In this document: piece by piece, positions 38,556 to 48,811 of the stretch
Layout: the number at the start of each line of letters is the position of its first letter
How positions within the stretch are numbered: the first letter of the stretch is position 1
Source: Escherichia phage Cyrano
Sequence record: OV696614
Length of the DNA stretch: 64,000 nucleotides
Strand: one strand, 5' to 3'
Translations under genes and position numbers: made by a program
Notes under the pieces: model-generated
What the model saw: the letters and a program-made list of their open reading frames with translations, nothing else
What the model was told of the DNA's origin: nothing
The model's database searches: none

Positions 38556-40241
38556 ATGAATACAGCCCTTTCCATCATCGACGATGCCAACTCAAACACT
38601 GCTATCGACTATCGGCAGGAAATGAACGTCATCCACGAAATTGTGGCCGAGTGCGAGAAAGAGATCGCTTTCATGTACCAGGTTCACGACTTCGTTTATG
38701 GCGACGAACGCCACAACATGATTAATCGCCTGCTGCAACTGAACCACCGACCAGATGAAGAACGCTCACGTTTGAATCGAGCTTGGCTGGATAAAGTCGA
38801 TCTGGAATGGGTGAAACAGAATATTTGGGCCGAGTACTGGAGGAAGGTCACGGACATGACTAACGTTTTGCTGATCATGCCAGCTTCCCGTCGAGATGAG
38901 TGGCGCGAGCAGTTTATAGAGGGCAAACAGGAAGTCATCAAAACTGACAGAACCGGCTACCAGATGAAGGTTAAAGAGTTCGTTGGTGTACCGGAGTTCA
39001 AAGCAGAAACGGTCATACCCACGATGCTTAATTTGCTGAATGACAGGCACAAATATCTCTCTGAGCGCGTGTATGGCTTGTTTAAGGCGCTGAGTCCTGC
39101 GCACAAGACAAATAAGACAAACGGTTTCAGCGAGCGGCTGATAATCGCTGACTGCATTTCTGATTTCTGGCGGGACAGCGTTAGCGTGAACTATCGCAAA
39201 GAGGACTACATCGACGATCTGCGTGTCTTGCTTCATTTCTTCGCGCACAAAGAATTTATTACCATCAACCGCACTGCTGAGGTGCTATCAGCTGCGTATC
39301 GGGCAAACGACTGCCAGACCGGTGACTGGATGAACGTCGATGGAAATCTGATGCGCGTGAAGATGTTCAAGAACGGCAACGTTCACTTTGAAATACATCC
39401 TGACGTGGCCTGGAAGTTGAATGAGGTGCTGGCTTACAGTATGCCTGCTGCAATTCCCGCGCCATGCCGAACTGCGCCAAAAACACGGGCACCAAAGCAG
39501 TTCGGGTTAATCCAGAAGACGATCTCCGTGCCGGTTCGCACTGCGCTTCGTGACGGGCGATTGAGCAAAGACAAAGGCGTATGGTACTTCTCTGATTCAG
39601 CTCTCCAGAAGTCGCAGGTGGAAGAGCTTGAGCGCACACTGAGCTTCATTGGCGGCGTGCAGGAGAAAAAGCACTGGCAGTTCCCGTATGACATCGGCCA
39701 TACGCTAAATACGATTGTGGCTACCGGTTTAATACCGGATACAAAATCACACCAGTTCTACCCTACCCCACGCTTGATTGCTGAGTACGTTGCCAGAGCC
39801 ACTGAATTGAAGCCTGGTGAGAAGCTGCTTGAGCCTCAAGCCGGACGTGGGGATCTTCTGGCCTATATTAACGCCGATCTGGAAGATGTTACCTGCATAG
39901 AAATCGCACCTCTCTTCGCTGATATCCTGCGTGGAAAAGGGTATACGAACACGATTTGCTGCGACTTCATAAAGTGGTCTGAGGACAACGCAGGTTATCA
40001 GTTCGACAAAATCGTTATGAACCCGCCGTACTCGCTTGGTCGTCATAGAGAGCACACGCTGGCTGCGCTGGGGCATCTGAAAGTCGGCGGGCGTCTTGTA
40101 GCAGTATTGCCGGGCACTGCGCCAATCCTGAGCTGGATGACGATGGATAATTACGTTTATGCCAAAGGGAAGTCGTTTACCAACGAGTTTGAAGATACCG
40201 GGATCACAGTCAGCGTATACGTTTTCAAACGCGTTAAATGA
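38556..40241 (+). CDS. putative N6-adenine DNA methyltransferase with large N-terminal domain of unknown function
   Basis: C-terminal region has an AdoMet-binding-like LEPQAGRGDL followed by catalytic NPPYS (IVMNPPYSLGR); N-terminal ~400 aa unassigned. Confidence 0.5.
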   Translation: MNTALSIIDDANSNTAIDYRQEMNVIHEIVAECEKEIAFMYQVHDFVYGDERHNMINRLLQLNHRPDEERSRLNRAWLDKVDLEWVKQNIWAEYWRKVTDMTNVLLIMPASRRDEWREQFIEGKQEVIKTDRTGYQMKVKEFVGVPEFKAETVIPTMLNLLNDRHKYLSERVYGLFKALSPAHKTNKTNGFSERLIIADCISDFWRDSVSVNYRKEDYIDDLRVLLHFFAHKEFITINRTAEVLSAAYRANDCQTGDWMNVDGNLMRVKMFKNGNVHFEIHPDVAWKLNEVLAYSMPAAIPAPCRTAPKTRAPKQFGLIQKTISVPVRTALRDGRLSKDKGVWYFSDSALQKSQVEELERTLSFIGGVQEKKHWQFPYDIGHTLNTIVATGLIPDTKSHQFYPTPRLIAEYVARATELKPGEKLLEPQAGRGDLLAYINADLEDVTCIEIAPLFADILRGKGYTNTICCDFIKWSEDNAGYQFDKIVMNPPYSLGRHREHTLAALGHLKVGGRLVAVLPGTAPILSWMTMDNYVYAKGKSFTNEFEDTGITVSVYVFKRVK

Positions 40242-40302
40242 TAGGTAAATGCTTACTTAATTTGTGTAAGAATGTAGTAACTAAACGATAAGAGAAAAAC
40301 AC

Positions 40303-41007
40303 ATGAGCAACCTCCAGTTAGAGCATTTTAACGTCACAGGACATTCCGATTTTCCTTTCAAGTTTACATTGAAAGGTTATGCAGAGGATGCGGTAGGCCA
40401 GATCATTATTGATAAAGGCATCGTTAAGTTTGAGGGGAATTTTGATGAATCCGCGAAAACATTCATAGACTTCGTTGCCAAACGTTGGAGCGAGCAATGG
40501 AAAGACCTGGAAAAGCGCGCTAGTGAGTTTGATCGGTTCATGGATGCAATGGATACAGCAAAAGAGGCTATTGCTGCCGGGACTCCGTTAGATCTGGAGT
40601 CACTTTTCAACGGCGAAGTGGCCTCTGCGATGTTCGCTACCATGTTCGCGGGTGAGTTCGTCCGCAGCGGTGCCAAAAACTACCTTGAGCTGGATTACAA
40701 CGTCCCTGCAATTGGCGATTTCGTCGTTACCATCCAACGCAAAGAAGGTAAGACGCCAGGTGAACGCGTCGCAGAACTTGAGGCTGTTGTGGATCAGCGT
40801 AACGGAGAGTGTGACCGTTTGATCAACGAGCTTCATGCACTTCGGGAAGAAAGAATATGCGAGGGTAGTAATACACGTAATGCAGCGGATATCTACTTCC
40901 AGTTAGTTGAGGAATGCCAGATTCCACCAGGTGGCTCTCTTGTCGATTACGTCGGACATTTAATGGCGGAAGTTAACTCCAGCCATAAAGATGGTGAGGT
41001 GCGCTGA
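40303..41007 (+). CDS. hypothetical protein
   Basis: 234-codon ORF with AGAGAAAAACACATG start context. Confidence 0.45.
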   Translation: MSNLQLEHFNVTGHSDFPFKFTLKGYAEDAVGQIIIDKGIVKFEGNFDESAKTFIDFVAKRWSEQWKDLEKRASEFDRFMDAMDTAKEAIAAGTPLDLESLFNGEVASAMFATMFAGEFVRSGAKNYLELDYNVPAIGDFVVTIQRKEGKTPGERVAELEAVVDQRNGECDRLINELHALREERICEGSNTRNAADIYFQLVEECQIPPGGSLVDYVGHLMAEVNSSHKDGEVR

Positions 41008-41387
41008 TGTTTGGCATTGACGCACAGCGTATAGCCGCTTTTGCAAAAAGCCCTCTTGATAATCCCTTGTCTCGTAGTGAGCAAATGGAGCTGGCAAGGC
41101 TTTTTCTTCACATTCAAAAACAGGCAGACATTTTCAATAACATGCCTAATCAACCTATTCTGGATGGTCACATCCAGATGGTCATTAACAGTCATGAGAA
41201 AGGCTGGGCTGCAATCGTCCCCTGCACAATTACATACAGGTTGGCTAAAGAGGTTCAAGAGTTTCGAAAAGTCAGTGTCGAATCAGAGTCTACCAAAGCC
41301 GCAATAAACACTCTTATTCGCATGGGGTTCACATGGACCGGTGGAGCCTACTGGCAAGCACCTCACCCCATTTTATCCGGCAATTAG
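41007..41387 (+). CDS. hypothetical protein
   Basis: 126-codon ORF coupled to the upstream gene. Confidence 0.4.
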   Translation: MFGIDAQRIAAFAKSPLDNPLSRSEQMELARLFLHIQKQADIFNNMPNQPILDGHIQMVINSHEKGWAAIVPCTITYRLAKEVQEFRKVSVESESTKAAINTLIRMGFTWTGGAYWQAPHPILSGN

Positions 41388-41524
41388 ACGCTACAAATCC
41401 TTCGGCATGAATAAATAAAGGCCATAAGTTGTGGCCTTAAATAAATTGTTTTCTACCTTTTCTTATTTGTGAAAATAACCAGCACTTGGTAGTGCTTATG
41501 TAACAGCAAAGAAGAGAAAAACAC

Positions 41525-42076
41525 ATGAGTAACAAAATCGAAAATCCCGTAGTTCTCATTCACAAGCGCGAGAACCACGACTCCTATGCGGTGGCGATCA
41601 CCAATGGGAGTCACGATTTTTACGATGGCCTGCTAATGGCCTCAGTGTCGCCTGATAAGGCAGACAACTCTTTTGCCGTCTTCGCTATGGTTGGTTACTA
41701 CATGGCTGCCGAAATTGAGAAGTTGCGGGCGCAGAGAGACGCATTAGCGGCGGAGAATGTGGCATTGCGATCTAAGGCTGCGGAACTGGCACATGAAGCG
41801 TCAAAAATTTACTCGGCATATAACGCCACTATCACAGAGCCTGACGGGGATTTTATGGACATGCAGACATTGCATGAAATGCAGTGCATAGAAACTCCAG
41901 CCACCGATGCTTTTCTGGCTGAAGTACGTGCGCAGGGCGTGGATATGGCTCGTAACGCGATGATTGATTTTGTTGATGGTGAAGTTGGGCCAAACAAGAA
42001 CGTTCCGGGGCTGATTAGAGGCGCAGAGATATGCGTAAGTATTGCTGAACAGCTTCGTAAAGGAGTCATCCAGTGA
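41525..42076 (+). CDS. hypothetical protein
   Basis: 183-codon ORF with AGAGAAAAACACATG start context. Confidence 0.45.
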   Translation: MSNKIENPVVLIHKRENHDSYAVAITNGSHDFYDGLLMASVSPDKADNSFAVFAMVGYYMAAEIEKLRAQRDALAAENVALRSKAAELAHEASKIYSAYNATITEPDGDFMDMQTLHEMQCIETPATDAFLAEVRAQGVDMARNAMIDFVDGEVGPNKNVPGLIRGAEICVSIAEQLRKGVIQ

Positions 42077-42633
42077 GCAAGATTGACTATCAGGCACTGC
42101 GTGAGATAGCAGAGAAAGCAACGTGTGGTGTGTGGTCGCTCGAGTATGGAGAGGGCCGATTTGATGGTGATGATGCACTAATTCATCGCGAGGCTGCTGG
42201 ATATATTCCCATTTGCAGAATTGAAGGAGCGCATCCTGAAAGCGGTTTCGATGAAGATTTCCAAATGGAACAGCAGGCCAATGCTGAATTCATCGCCGCA
42301 GCCAATCCGGCTACTGTGCTGACGCTGCTGGATGAACGGGAAGGAAACCAGCAATACATCAAACGCCGCGACCAGGAGAACGAGGAGATTGCGTTAACGG
42401 TAGGGAAGTTGCGCGTTGAGCTTGAGGCAGAAAAACAGCGGGCAAAGGATCTGTTTATGGAAAATGCTCGGCTTAAGTCAGGCATAGCTGGTCTGATACA
42501 CCTCGGTATTCGATATGCGGATGTTGAGGTCATGAAAATTGCTGGAGATGCCCAGCTTTCTACTCCATGCACTGACAGCATCATAAACAGCATTGCAGCA
42601 GGCATTTTCACCAAAGAGGGGGCAGCACGATGA
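42073..42633 (+). CDS. ead/Ea22-like family protein (putative)
   Basis: N-terminus ...YQALREIAEKATCGVW resembles the conserved start of Ea22-like prophage proteins; central coiled-coil. Confidence 0.4.
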   Translation: MSKIDYQALREIAEKATCGVWSLEYGEGRFDGDDALIHREAAGYIPICRIEGAHPESGFDEDFQMEQQANAEFIAAANPATVLTLLDEREGNQQYIKRRDQENEEIALTVGKLRVELEAEKQRAKDLFMENARLKSGIAGLIHLGIRYADVEVMKIAGDAQLSTPCTDSIINSIAAGIFTKEGAAR

Positions 42634-42815
42634 GAACACTAGAGGTTCGCGCTGAAGACGTAATCCCTGGTGATGTGCTCATAACATCTAAAGGTCAACA
42701 ATGTGCGGTTAAATCTTTTTGGATGGAAAATGACAAAGTGACTCTGTTCGGTACGGATGGTTCCGAAACTGATTATGACTACGACGAATTGCTTGTTGTT
42801 GAGAGAGCTGCCTAA
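42630..42815 (+). CDS. hypothetical protein
   Basis: 61-codon ORF translationally coupled on both sides. Confidence 0.35.
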   Translation: MRTLEVRAEDVIPGDVLITSKGQQCAVKSFWMENDKVTLFGTDGSETDYDYDELLVVERAA

Positions 42816-43468
42816 TGACCACCGTTAACAATAAGAAATGCTACCCAAGCGAGAAATATCTTAATGAGCTGATCACCAACATTGAGTTTGCTGCAAGGGC
42901 ACCAGTTGAAGTCGTGAGAGCGATTGCAGCAGAGCTACAGAAGCACCGTAAGGCCTATGCCAATACAGCCGCATCTAAGGATGGTTGGATAAGCTGTAGT
43001 GAGCGAATGCCTGTAATCGGCGAGCTAAATTGGAGAACTGGTTTTCCTTTGCTGATTACGTGTGAGATCGGCGTTATACCTGCTTATTACGGCTTTGTGA
43101 GCGTTAATGGTGATAGGCATTATGGCTTTATGGAGAGTCTTAAATACGGAGACGATAACGGCAACCATCCTCAAACTAATGAATATGGTCTGATTAGCAA
43201 TGTCACACACTGGATGCCACTACCAGAACGCCGCAGGAGTCGAACAGTGAATAATGCAGAGTTATTTCAGAAAATATCGGCTCTCGCGACTGAATGCCAC
43301 GCTATAGCATCTGAGCTTGATGTTGGCGATGAACGAACCGAGATGTTCGAAATATACAGTGTGCTGCGCAATCTCTGTCGGCGTGGCTACGCCACTCAAG
43401 TAGGGCGAATGACTAACCCACTACTCTCATCCTGTGATGAGGATGACTCGGATGAGGATGACGAATGA
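42815..43468 (+). CDS. DUF551-like prophage protein (putative)
   Basis: GWISCSERMP motif resembles the conserved tryptophan/ERLP block of DUF551 proteins common in enterobacterial prophages; acidic C-terminus. Confidence 0.4.
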   Translation: MTTVNNKKCYPSEKYLNELITNIEFAARAPVEVVRAIAAELQKHRKAYANTAASKDGWISCSERMPVIGELNWRTGFPLLITCEIGVIPAYYGFVSVNGDRHYGFMESLKYGDDNGNHPQTNEYGLISNVTHWMPLPERRRSRTVNNAELFQKISALATECHAIASELDVGDERTEMFEIYSVLRNLCRRGYATQVGRMTNPLLSSCDEDDSDEDDE

Positions 43469-44130
43469 TGCATAAATCAGTAGCCGGTGAGTTTCAGAAG
43501 GAAGTCGATAATACTACCGTTCTATTGGACGATATTTTAAGCATTCTCGCGCTTCTTGAGGCTGGCGATTGGTCAGAACATTGCACTAAAACGGAGTTAG
43601 GCGGTCGGCTTGAAAGAGAGATTACACGACTTATTGGTGATGCGCAGGAAGCTACAGTCACTAGTTATGAGTTAATCGCTGAAGCCTGGCGTTTGATGGA
43701 TGGACAAGATCCTAAAACCAGCGATTGGCATAGCAAGGCTTCGAAGTATTTAAATTCCGATAGGGTAGAAAAAGTTGATGATGTGAAACCGAAGCCAGTA
43801 GACCACGGTTTCCGCGATAACTGCGAATGCTCTAGTTGCCAGACCACGGCCCGTATTTGTTCCGAATTGACAGATAAGTCCAGCCTAATCTACGAAGTTA
43901 ATGTAGGCGGTAATACATGGGTCGAATGCACAAGAGCTGCATACGTAAGAGCAAAAGACAAGGGTGAATTAACCAGAGTTGTTACCAATCACCCAAATAA
44001 TGAGCTTAAAGATCACCAGATTCGAGAACTGGTGAACGAGTTGAGAGATATTGCGGTTCAGTACCACGGAACGCAGCAATTGCGGGAGAAGATTGCCAGA
44101 GCAGTGAACAACTCAGTCCGTAAAAAATAA
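43465..44130 (+). CDS. hypothetical protein
   Basis: 221-codon ORF, last gene of a coupled plus-strand operon. Confidence 0.45.
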   Translation: MMHKSVAGEFQKEVDNTTVLLDDILSILALLEAGDWSEHCTKTELGGRLEREITRLIGDAQEATVTSYELIAEAWRLMDGQDPKTSDWHSKASKYLNSDRVEKVDDVKPKPVDHGFRDNCECSSCQTTARICSELTDKSSLIYEVNVGGNTWVECTRAAYVRAKDKGELTRVVTNHPNNELKDHQIRELVNELRDIAVQYHGTQQLREKIARAVNNSVRKK

Positions 44131-44571
44131 GCAATAGTACGATAAAGAGGCCCCATGCTCTTGATGGGGCCTGTAGCAACTAGCGTTATGGACGCTGGTT
44201 TACGTACTCAATGATCGCTTTGATAATCGCGAACATCGGCGGCACGATTTTGAACAGTAAGTTAACCATAACAGGCCTCACTTAGTTTTATCGCGCCTAG
44301 CTGCAAATACCTTTGGGCTTGCCTTTGCAGTTGCAATATCTGTAGTCGCCAGATACTTACGGCACGATTTCGAGTTAAGGTAAGGTTTTAGAGTCACCAA
44401 AAACCTGGACTTAAATCTTCTTTGAGAACAACGATGTTTAGTAAATGGTCATTATTACCTGGTATGACCACTCAACGTTTCTTGATGAATCCAGTACATT
44501 CGGTTAATCTTAATTCAGTCGCCAGATACTTATGGCTCAGGAACAGAGCCGCAAACTCTGTTTCCTTTTAA

Positions 44572-44600
44572 AAAGCCCAGCCTAGTCAACTGGGCTTTTT
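44572..44600. terminator. bidirectional terminator-like hairpin
   Basis: AAAAAGCCCAG-CCTAGTCAA-CTGGGCTTTTT: hairpin flanked by an A-tract and a T-tract. Confidence 0.5.
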
Positions 44601-44895
44601 AATGTCTATTTTTAACCCAATGAACCTTCAATACCGCAACATCAGTGTCTTGCGAATTAAGATAGTGTGTATAGGTTATGCATGCAAGTGCATAACTCTG
44701 TGGATAACTCAGGAAGGAAAAAGTAGCTTCCGCGCAATTTAGGCCAGACAAGGCTTTCGCAAAAGTCAACAGAGAGAAAAAATTTGTTAAAAATAACGTT
44801 TGTTGGAATTGTATATATTTATGCCTTTCAATAGTTAGCATCTTATTAACATCTTTTTTAAGAGATAGAGTTCAAAAATATATAGCTTCAACATA

Positions 44896-44915
44896 TACTG
44901 TATGTGTATACAGTA
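44896..44915 (+). promoter_or_regulatory. LexA (SOS) box upstream of the UmuD'-like gene
   Basis: TACTGTATGTGTATACAGTA is a perfect CTGT-N8-ACAG palindrome, 17 nt upstream of the start codon. Confidence 0.7.
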
Positions 44916-44931
44916 TTAAGAGGCGAGTATT

Positions 44932-45321
44932 ATGGGCTTCCCTTCTCCTGCGGCGGATTATGCTGAGAGCCGTATTTCTCTTGATCAGCAGATAATTAGA
45001 CATCCTTCAGCGACCTACTTCATGAGGGCAGCTGATAGTCATCATCGTGAGGGAATATTACAGGGTGCATTGCTGGTGGTCGATTCCTCACTTACCCCGG
45101 TTGATGGTTCTCTGCTTGTATGCGCTCTGGATGGGGAATATCGCGTAAAAAGATACCGGAAGTACCCACGTCAGCATCTGGAGGATTTAAGAACCGGTAA
45201 GAAGGAAGCATTGCCAAAGGATGACGATGGATGCACGGGCAGCAATGCCGTGTTTGGTGTGATCACTCACATTATCAACGACGCAAGAAGTGGCGAGTTT
45301 GATGATTGTCCCGTGATGTAG
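44932..45321 (+). CDS. humD: UmuD'-like protein (HumD-like, S24 LexA-type peptidase fold)
   Basis: Starts MGFPSPAADY..., i.e. at the position where UmuD is cleaved to UmuD'; HPSATYFMRA and VFGVITHII blocks match UmuD; in-frame stop 15 nt upstream; no umuC gene follows. Confidence 0.75.
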   Translation: MGFPSPAADYAESRISLDQQIIRHPSATYFMRAADSHHREGILQGALLVVDSSLTPVDGSLLVCALDGEYRVKRYRKYPRQHLEDLRTGKKEALPKDDDGCTGSNAVFGVITHIINDARSGEFDDCPVM

Positions 45322-45333
45322 GAGAACTGATTA

Positions 45334-45358
45334 GGCGGTGCATTGCACCGCCTTTTTA
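45334..45358 (+). terminator. rho-independent terminator between humD-like gene and apbC
   Basis: Hairpin GGCGGTGCA-T-TGCACCGCC followed by TTTTT. Confidence 0.55.
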
Positions 45359-46459
45359 TCACACTGCGCGGAATGCGATTTCGCCAGGTATTACTTCACC
45401 TTGCCAATACATTTGGGCAGCAACGCGATCTGCGAGGTCACGATAAATAGCCGTAAATTCGCTATCTGGACGACTAATAACGGTTGGTGTTCCGTTATCC
45501 AGATCTTCACGAAGAGAGATATGAAGTGGCATTTGGCCTAACAACTGCGTGTTGTATTTCTCGGCCAGTTTCTGTGCGCCACCGGTGCCAAAAATTGGCT
45601 CGTGATGACCGCAGTTACTGCAAATATGCACACTCATGTTTTCGACGATACCCAGTACCGGCACTTCGACTTTTTCGAACATCACAATGCCTTTCTTCGC
45701 ATCGATCAGCGCGATGTCTTGCGGCGTAGTTACCACAACCGCACCAGTTACAGGAATGTTCTGCGCCAGCGTCAACTGAATATCACCAGTGCCCGGCGGC
45801 ATATCGAGAACGAGATAGTCCAGATCAGGCCACAGTGTTTCCTGCAACATCTGCATCAGCGCCTTGCTGGCCATCGGTCCACGCCACACCATCGCATTGT
45901 CGTCAGTGACCAGATAACCAATTGAATTGGTTGCCAGGCCATGAGACATGATAGGTGCCATGTGAGTACCGTCAGGTGAGGTTGGACGTTGGTTTTCCGC
46001 GCCCAGCATGGTTGGAATTGATGGCCCGTAGATATCGGCATCCAAAATACCAACTTTCGCACCTTCAGCCGCCAGCGCCAGCGCCAGGTTTACCGCCGTG
46101 GAGGATTTACCCACGCCGCCTTTACCGGAGCTGACCGCAATGATGTTCTTCACGCCATTAATGCCTGGTTGGTTTTTGACGCGCTTAAGCGTGGCAATGT
46201 TGTACGACAGCTTCCAGTCAATAGCCTTTGCGCCAGTGATACGGAGCAGATCACCACTACATTGCTCTTTCAGATCTTCAAAAGGCTTATTCCACACGAA
46301 AGGCATGATTAGTTCGACATGCAGTGTGTCATCCATCAACGCAACATGGTGTAACGCTTTAAGCGTAGTCAGGTTGTGTTTCAGGGTTGGGTGCTGAAAA
46401 TTAGCCAGCGTACCGGCTACCATTGCTCTCAGGGCATCCGGCGATTTGGACTCGCTCAT
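45359..46459 (-). CDS. apbC: Fe-S cluster carrier ATPase ApbC/Mrp
   Basis: 366 aa with deviant Walker A SGKGGVGKSSTAVNLA and CSNCGHHEP motif; matches the enterobacterial Mrp protein by recall; divergent from metG as on the E. coli chromosome. Confidence 0.9.
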   Translation of the reverse strand: MSESKSPDALRAMVAGTLANFQHPTLKHNLTTLKALHHVALMDDTLHVELIMPFVWNKPFEDLKEQCSGDLLRITGAKAIDWKLSYNIATLKRVKNQPGINGVKNIIAVSSGKGGVGKSSTAVNLALALAAEGAKVGILDADIYGPSIPTMLGAENQRPTSPDGTHMAPIMSHGLATNSIGYLVTDDNAMVWRGPMASKALMQMLQETLWPDLDYLVLDMPPGTGDIQLTLAQNIPVTGAVVVTTPQDIALIDAKKGIVMFEKVEVPVLGIVENMSVHICSNCGHHEPIFGTGGAQKLAEKYNTQLLGQMPLHISLREDLDNGTPTVISRPDSEFTAIYRDLADRVAAQMYWQGEVIPGEIAFRAV

Positions 46460-46616
46460 CCCGTCTCCTTTATTTTAATTTGCGCAATTGTCGCCTTGTA
46501 GTGTACTCCAGCTACGACATTTAATCATTTATGAGAAATGCTGTTATCACATGGCAGACATAAGGCCATTTTGTTACTATCAAGCCCCTTTTCACTACAA
46601 AGAAGTAATGCCTACT

Positions 46617-48650
46617 ATGACCCAAGTCGCGAAGAAAATTCTGGTGACGTGCGCGCTGCCGTACGCTAACGGCTCAATCCACCTCGGCCATATGCTGGAG
46701 CACATCCAGGCTGATGTCTGGGTTCGTTACCAGCGAATGCGCGGCCACGAGGTTAATTTCATCTGTGCCGACGATGCCCACGGTACGCCGATCATGCTGA
46801 AAGCACAGCAGCTTGGTATCACACCGGAGCAGATGATTGGCGAAATGAGTCAGGAGCATCAGACTGATTTCGCAGGCTTTAACATCAGCTATGACAACTA
46901 TCACTCGACGCACAGCGAAGAGAACCGTCAGTTGTCTGAGCTTATCTATACTCGCCTGAAAGAGAACGGTTTTATTAAAAACCGCACTATCTCTCAGTTG
47001 TACGACCCGGAAAAAGGCATGTTCCTGCCGGATCGTTTTGTGAAAGGCACCTGCCCGAAATGTAAAGCGCCAGATCAATACGGCGATAACTGTGAAGTCT
47101 GCGGCGCAACATATAGCCCGACTGAATTGATCGAGCCGAAATCGGTGGTTTCTGGCGCTACCCCGGTAATGCGTGATTCCGAACACTTCTTCTTTGATCT
47201 GCCTTCTTTCAGCGAAATGTTGCAGGCATGGACCCGCAGCGGCGCGTTGCAGGAGCAGGTGGCAAACAAAATGCAGGAGTGGTTTGAATCTGGCCTGCAA
47301 CAGTGGGATATCTCCCGCGATGCGCCTTACTTCGGTTTTGAAATTCCGGACGCGCCGGGCAAATATTTCTACGTCTGGCTGGACGCGCCGATTGGCTACA
47401 TGGGTTCCTTCAAGAATCTGTGCGACAAGCGCGGCGATACCACCAGCTTCGATGAATACTGGAAGAAAGACTCCACCGCCGAGCTGTACCACTTCATCGG
47501 TAAAGATATTGTTTACTTCCACAGCCTGTTCTGGCCTGCCATGCTGGAAGGCAGCAACTTCCGCAAGCCGACCAACCTGTTTGTTCACGGCTATGTGACG
47601 GTGAACGGCGCGAAGATGTCCAAGTCTCGCGGCACCTTTATTAAAGCCAGCACCTGGCTGAATCATTTTGACGCTGACAGCCTGCGTTACTACTACACTG
47701 CGAAACTCTCTTCGCGCATTGATGATATCGATCTCAACCTGGAGGATTTCGTTCAGCGCGTGAATGCCGATATCGTGAACAAAGTGGTTAACCTGGCCTC
47801 CCGTAATGCAGGCTTTATCAACAAGCGTTTTGACGGCGTGCTGGCAAGCGAACTGGCTGACCCGCAACTGTACAAAACCTTTACTGATGCCGCTGAAGTG
47901 ATTGGCGAAGCATGGGAAAGCCGTGAATTTGGTAAAGCTATCCGTGAAATCATGGCATTGGCTGACCTGGCTAACCGCTATGTCGATGAACAGGCTCCGT
48001 GGGTGGTGGCGAAGCAGGAAGGACGCGATGCCGATCTGCAGGCGATTTGCTCTATGGGCATTAACCTGTTCCGCGTGCTGATGACGTACCTGAAGCCGGT
48101 ACTGCCGAAACTGACTGAACGTGCAGAAGCATTCCTGAATACAGAACTGACCTGGGATGGCATCCAGCAACCGTTGCTGGGCCATAAAGTGAATCCGTTC
48201 AAGGCACTGTATAACCGCATCGATATGAAGCAGGTTGAAGCACTGGTGGAAGCATCCAAAGAAGAAGTGAAAGCCACAGCCGCACCGGTAACTGGCCCAC
48301 TGGCTGACGACCCGATTCAGGAAACTATCACCTTTGACGACTTCGCCAAAGTTGACCTGCGCGTGGCGCTGATTGAAAACGCAGAGTTTGTAGAAGGTTC
48401 TGACAAACTGCTACGCCTGACGCTGGATCTCGGTGGTGAAAAGCGTAATGTCTTCTCAGGCATCCGTTCTGCTTATCCAGACCCACAGGCACTGATTGGT
48501 CGTCACACCATTATGGTGGCTAACCTGGCTCCGCGTAAAATGCGCTTCGGTATCTCCGAAGGCATGGTGATGGCTGCTGGCCCCGGCGGGAAAGATATCT
48601 TCCTGTTAAGCCCGGATGCTGGTGCTAAACCAGGCCACCAGGTTAAGTAA
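46617..48650 (+). CDS. metG: methionyl-tRNA synthetase
   Basis: 677 aa starting [26 protein letters not shown] (HIGH motif), KMSKS motif present, zinc knuckles CPKC...CEVC; near-identical to E. coli MetG by recall. Start set at ATG 46617, not the listed upstream 46488. Confidence 0.95.
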   Translation: MTQVAKKILVTCALPYANGSIHLGHMLEHIQADVWVRYQRMRGHEVNFICADDAHGTPIMLKAQQLGITPEQMIGEMSQEHQTDFAGFNISYDNYHSTHSEENRQLSELIYTRLKENGFIKNRTISQLYDPEKGMFLPDRFVKGTCPKCKAPDQYGDNCEVCGATYSPTELIEPKSVVSGATPVMRDSEHFFFDLPSFSEMLQAWTRSGALQEQVANKMQEWFESGLQQWDISRDAPYFGFEIPDAPGKYFYVWLDAPIGYMGSFKNLCDKRGDTTSFDEYWKKDSTAELYHFIGKDIVYFHSLFWPAMLEGSNFRKPTNLFVHGYVTVNGAKMSKSRGTFIKASTWLNHFDADSLRYYYTAKLSSRIDDIDLNLEDFVQRVNADIVNKVVNLASRNAGFINKRFDGVLASELADPQLYKTFTDAAEVIGEAWESREFGKAIREIMALADLANRYVDEQAPWVVAKQEGRDADLQAICSMGINLFRVLMTYLKPVLPKLTERAEAFLNTELTWDGIQQPLLGHKVNPFKALYNRIDMKQVEALVEASKEEVKATAAPVTGPLADDPIQETITFDDFAKVDLRVALIENAEFVEGSDKLLRLTLDLGGEKRNVFSGIRSAYPDPQALIGRHTIMVANLAPRKMRFGISEGMVMAAGPGGKDIFLLSPDAGAKPGHQVK

Positions 48651-48672
48651 TTAAACAACCTCTCTTCGCAAT

Positions 48673-48696
48673 GCCCGGCAACACGCCGGGCATTTT
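48673..48696 (+). terminator. rho-independent terminator after metG
   Basis: Hairpin GCCCGGC-AACAC-GCCGGGC followed by ATTTT. Confidence 0.65.
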
Positions 48697-48811
48697 CATA
48701 TAGACACAATCCCTTCTGATTTACACAGTACCTAAAACAATTTGTTTTCTGCCTTTTGTTGATTGAGATAATAAGCCACATAAGAAAACAAATTGTTTCG
48801 GAGTGGTTGAA

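Noticed and set aside
44599-44841. 80-codon minus-strand ORF in the repeat-rich region upstream of the humD-like gene
   Set aside because: AT-rich, no RBS, overlaps terminator and repeats; more likely non-coding.
46674-48185. 503-codon ORF on the minus strand inside metG
   Set aside because: Lies entirely antisense to a near-certain metG coding sequence; long shadow ORFs are expected opposite GC-rich coding regions and the predicted protein is low-complexity.
46617-48650. metG as an element-evolved auxiliary tRNA synthetase
   Set aside because: Sequence appears essentially host-like by recall, is accompanied by the divergent host neighbour apbC and native-looking terminators, so recent host origin is more parsimonious than an old phage-encoded synthetase.
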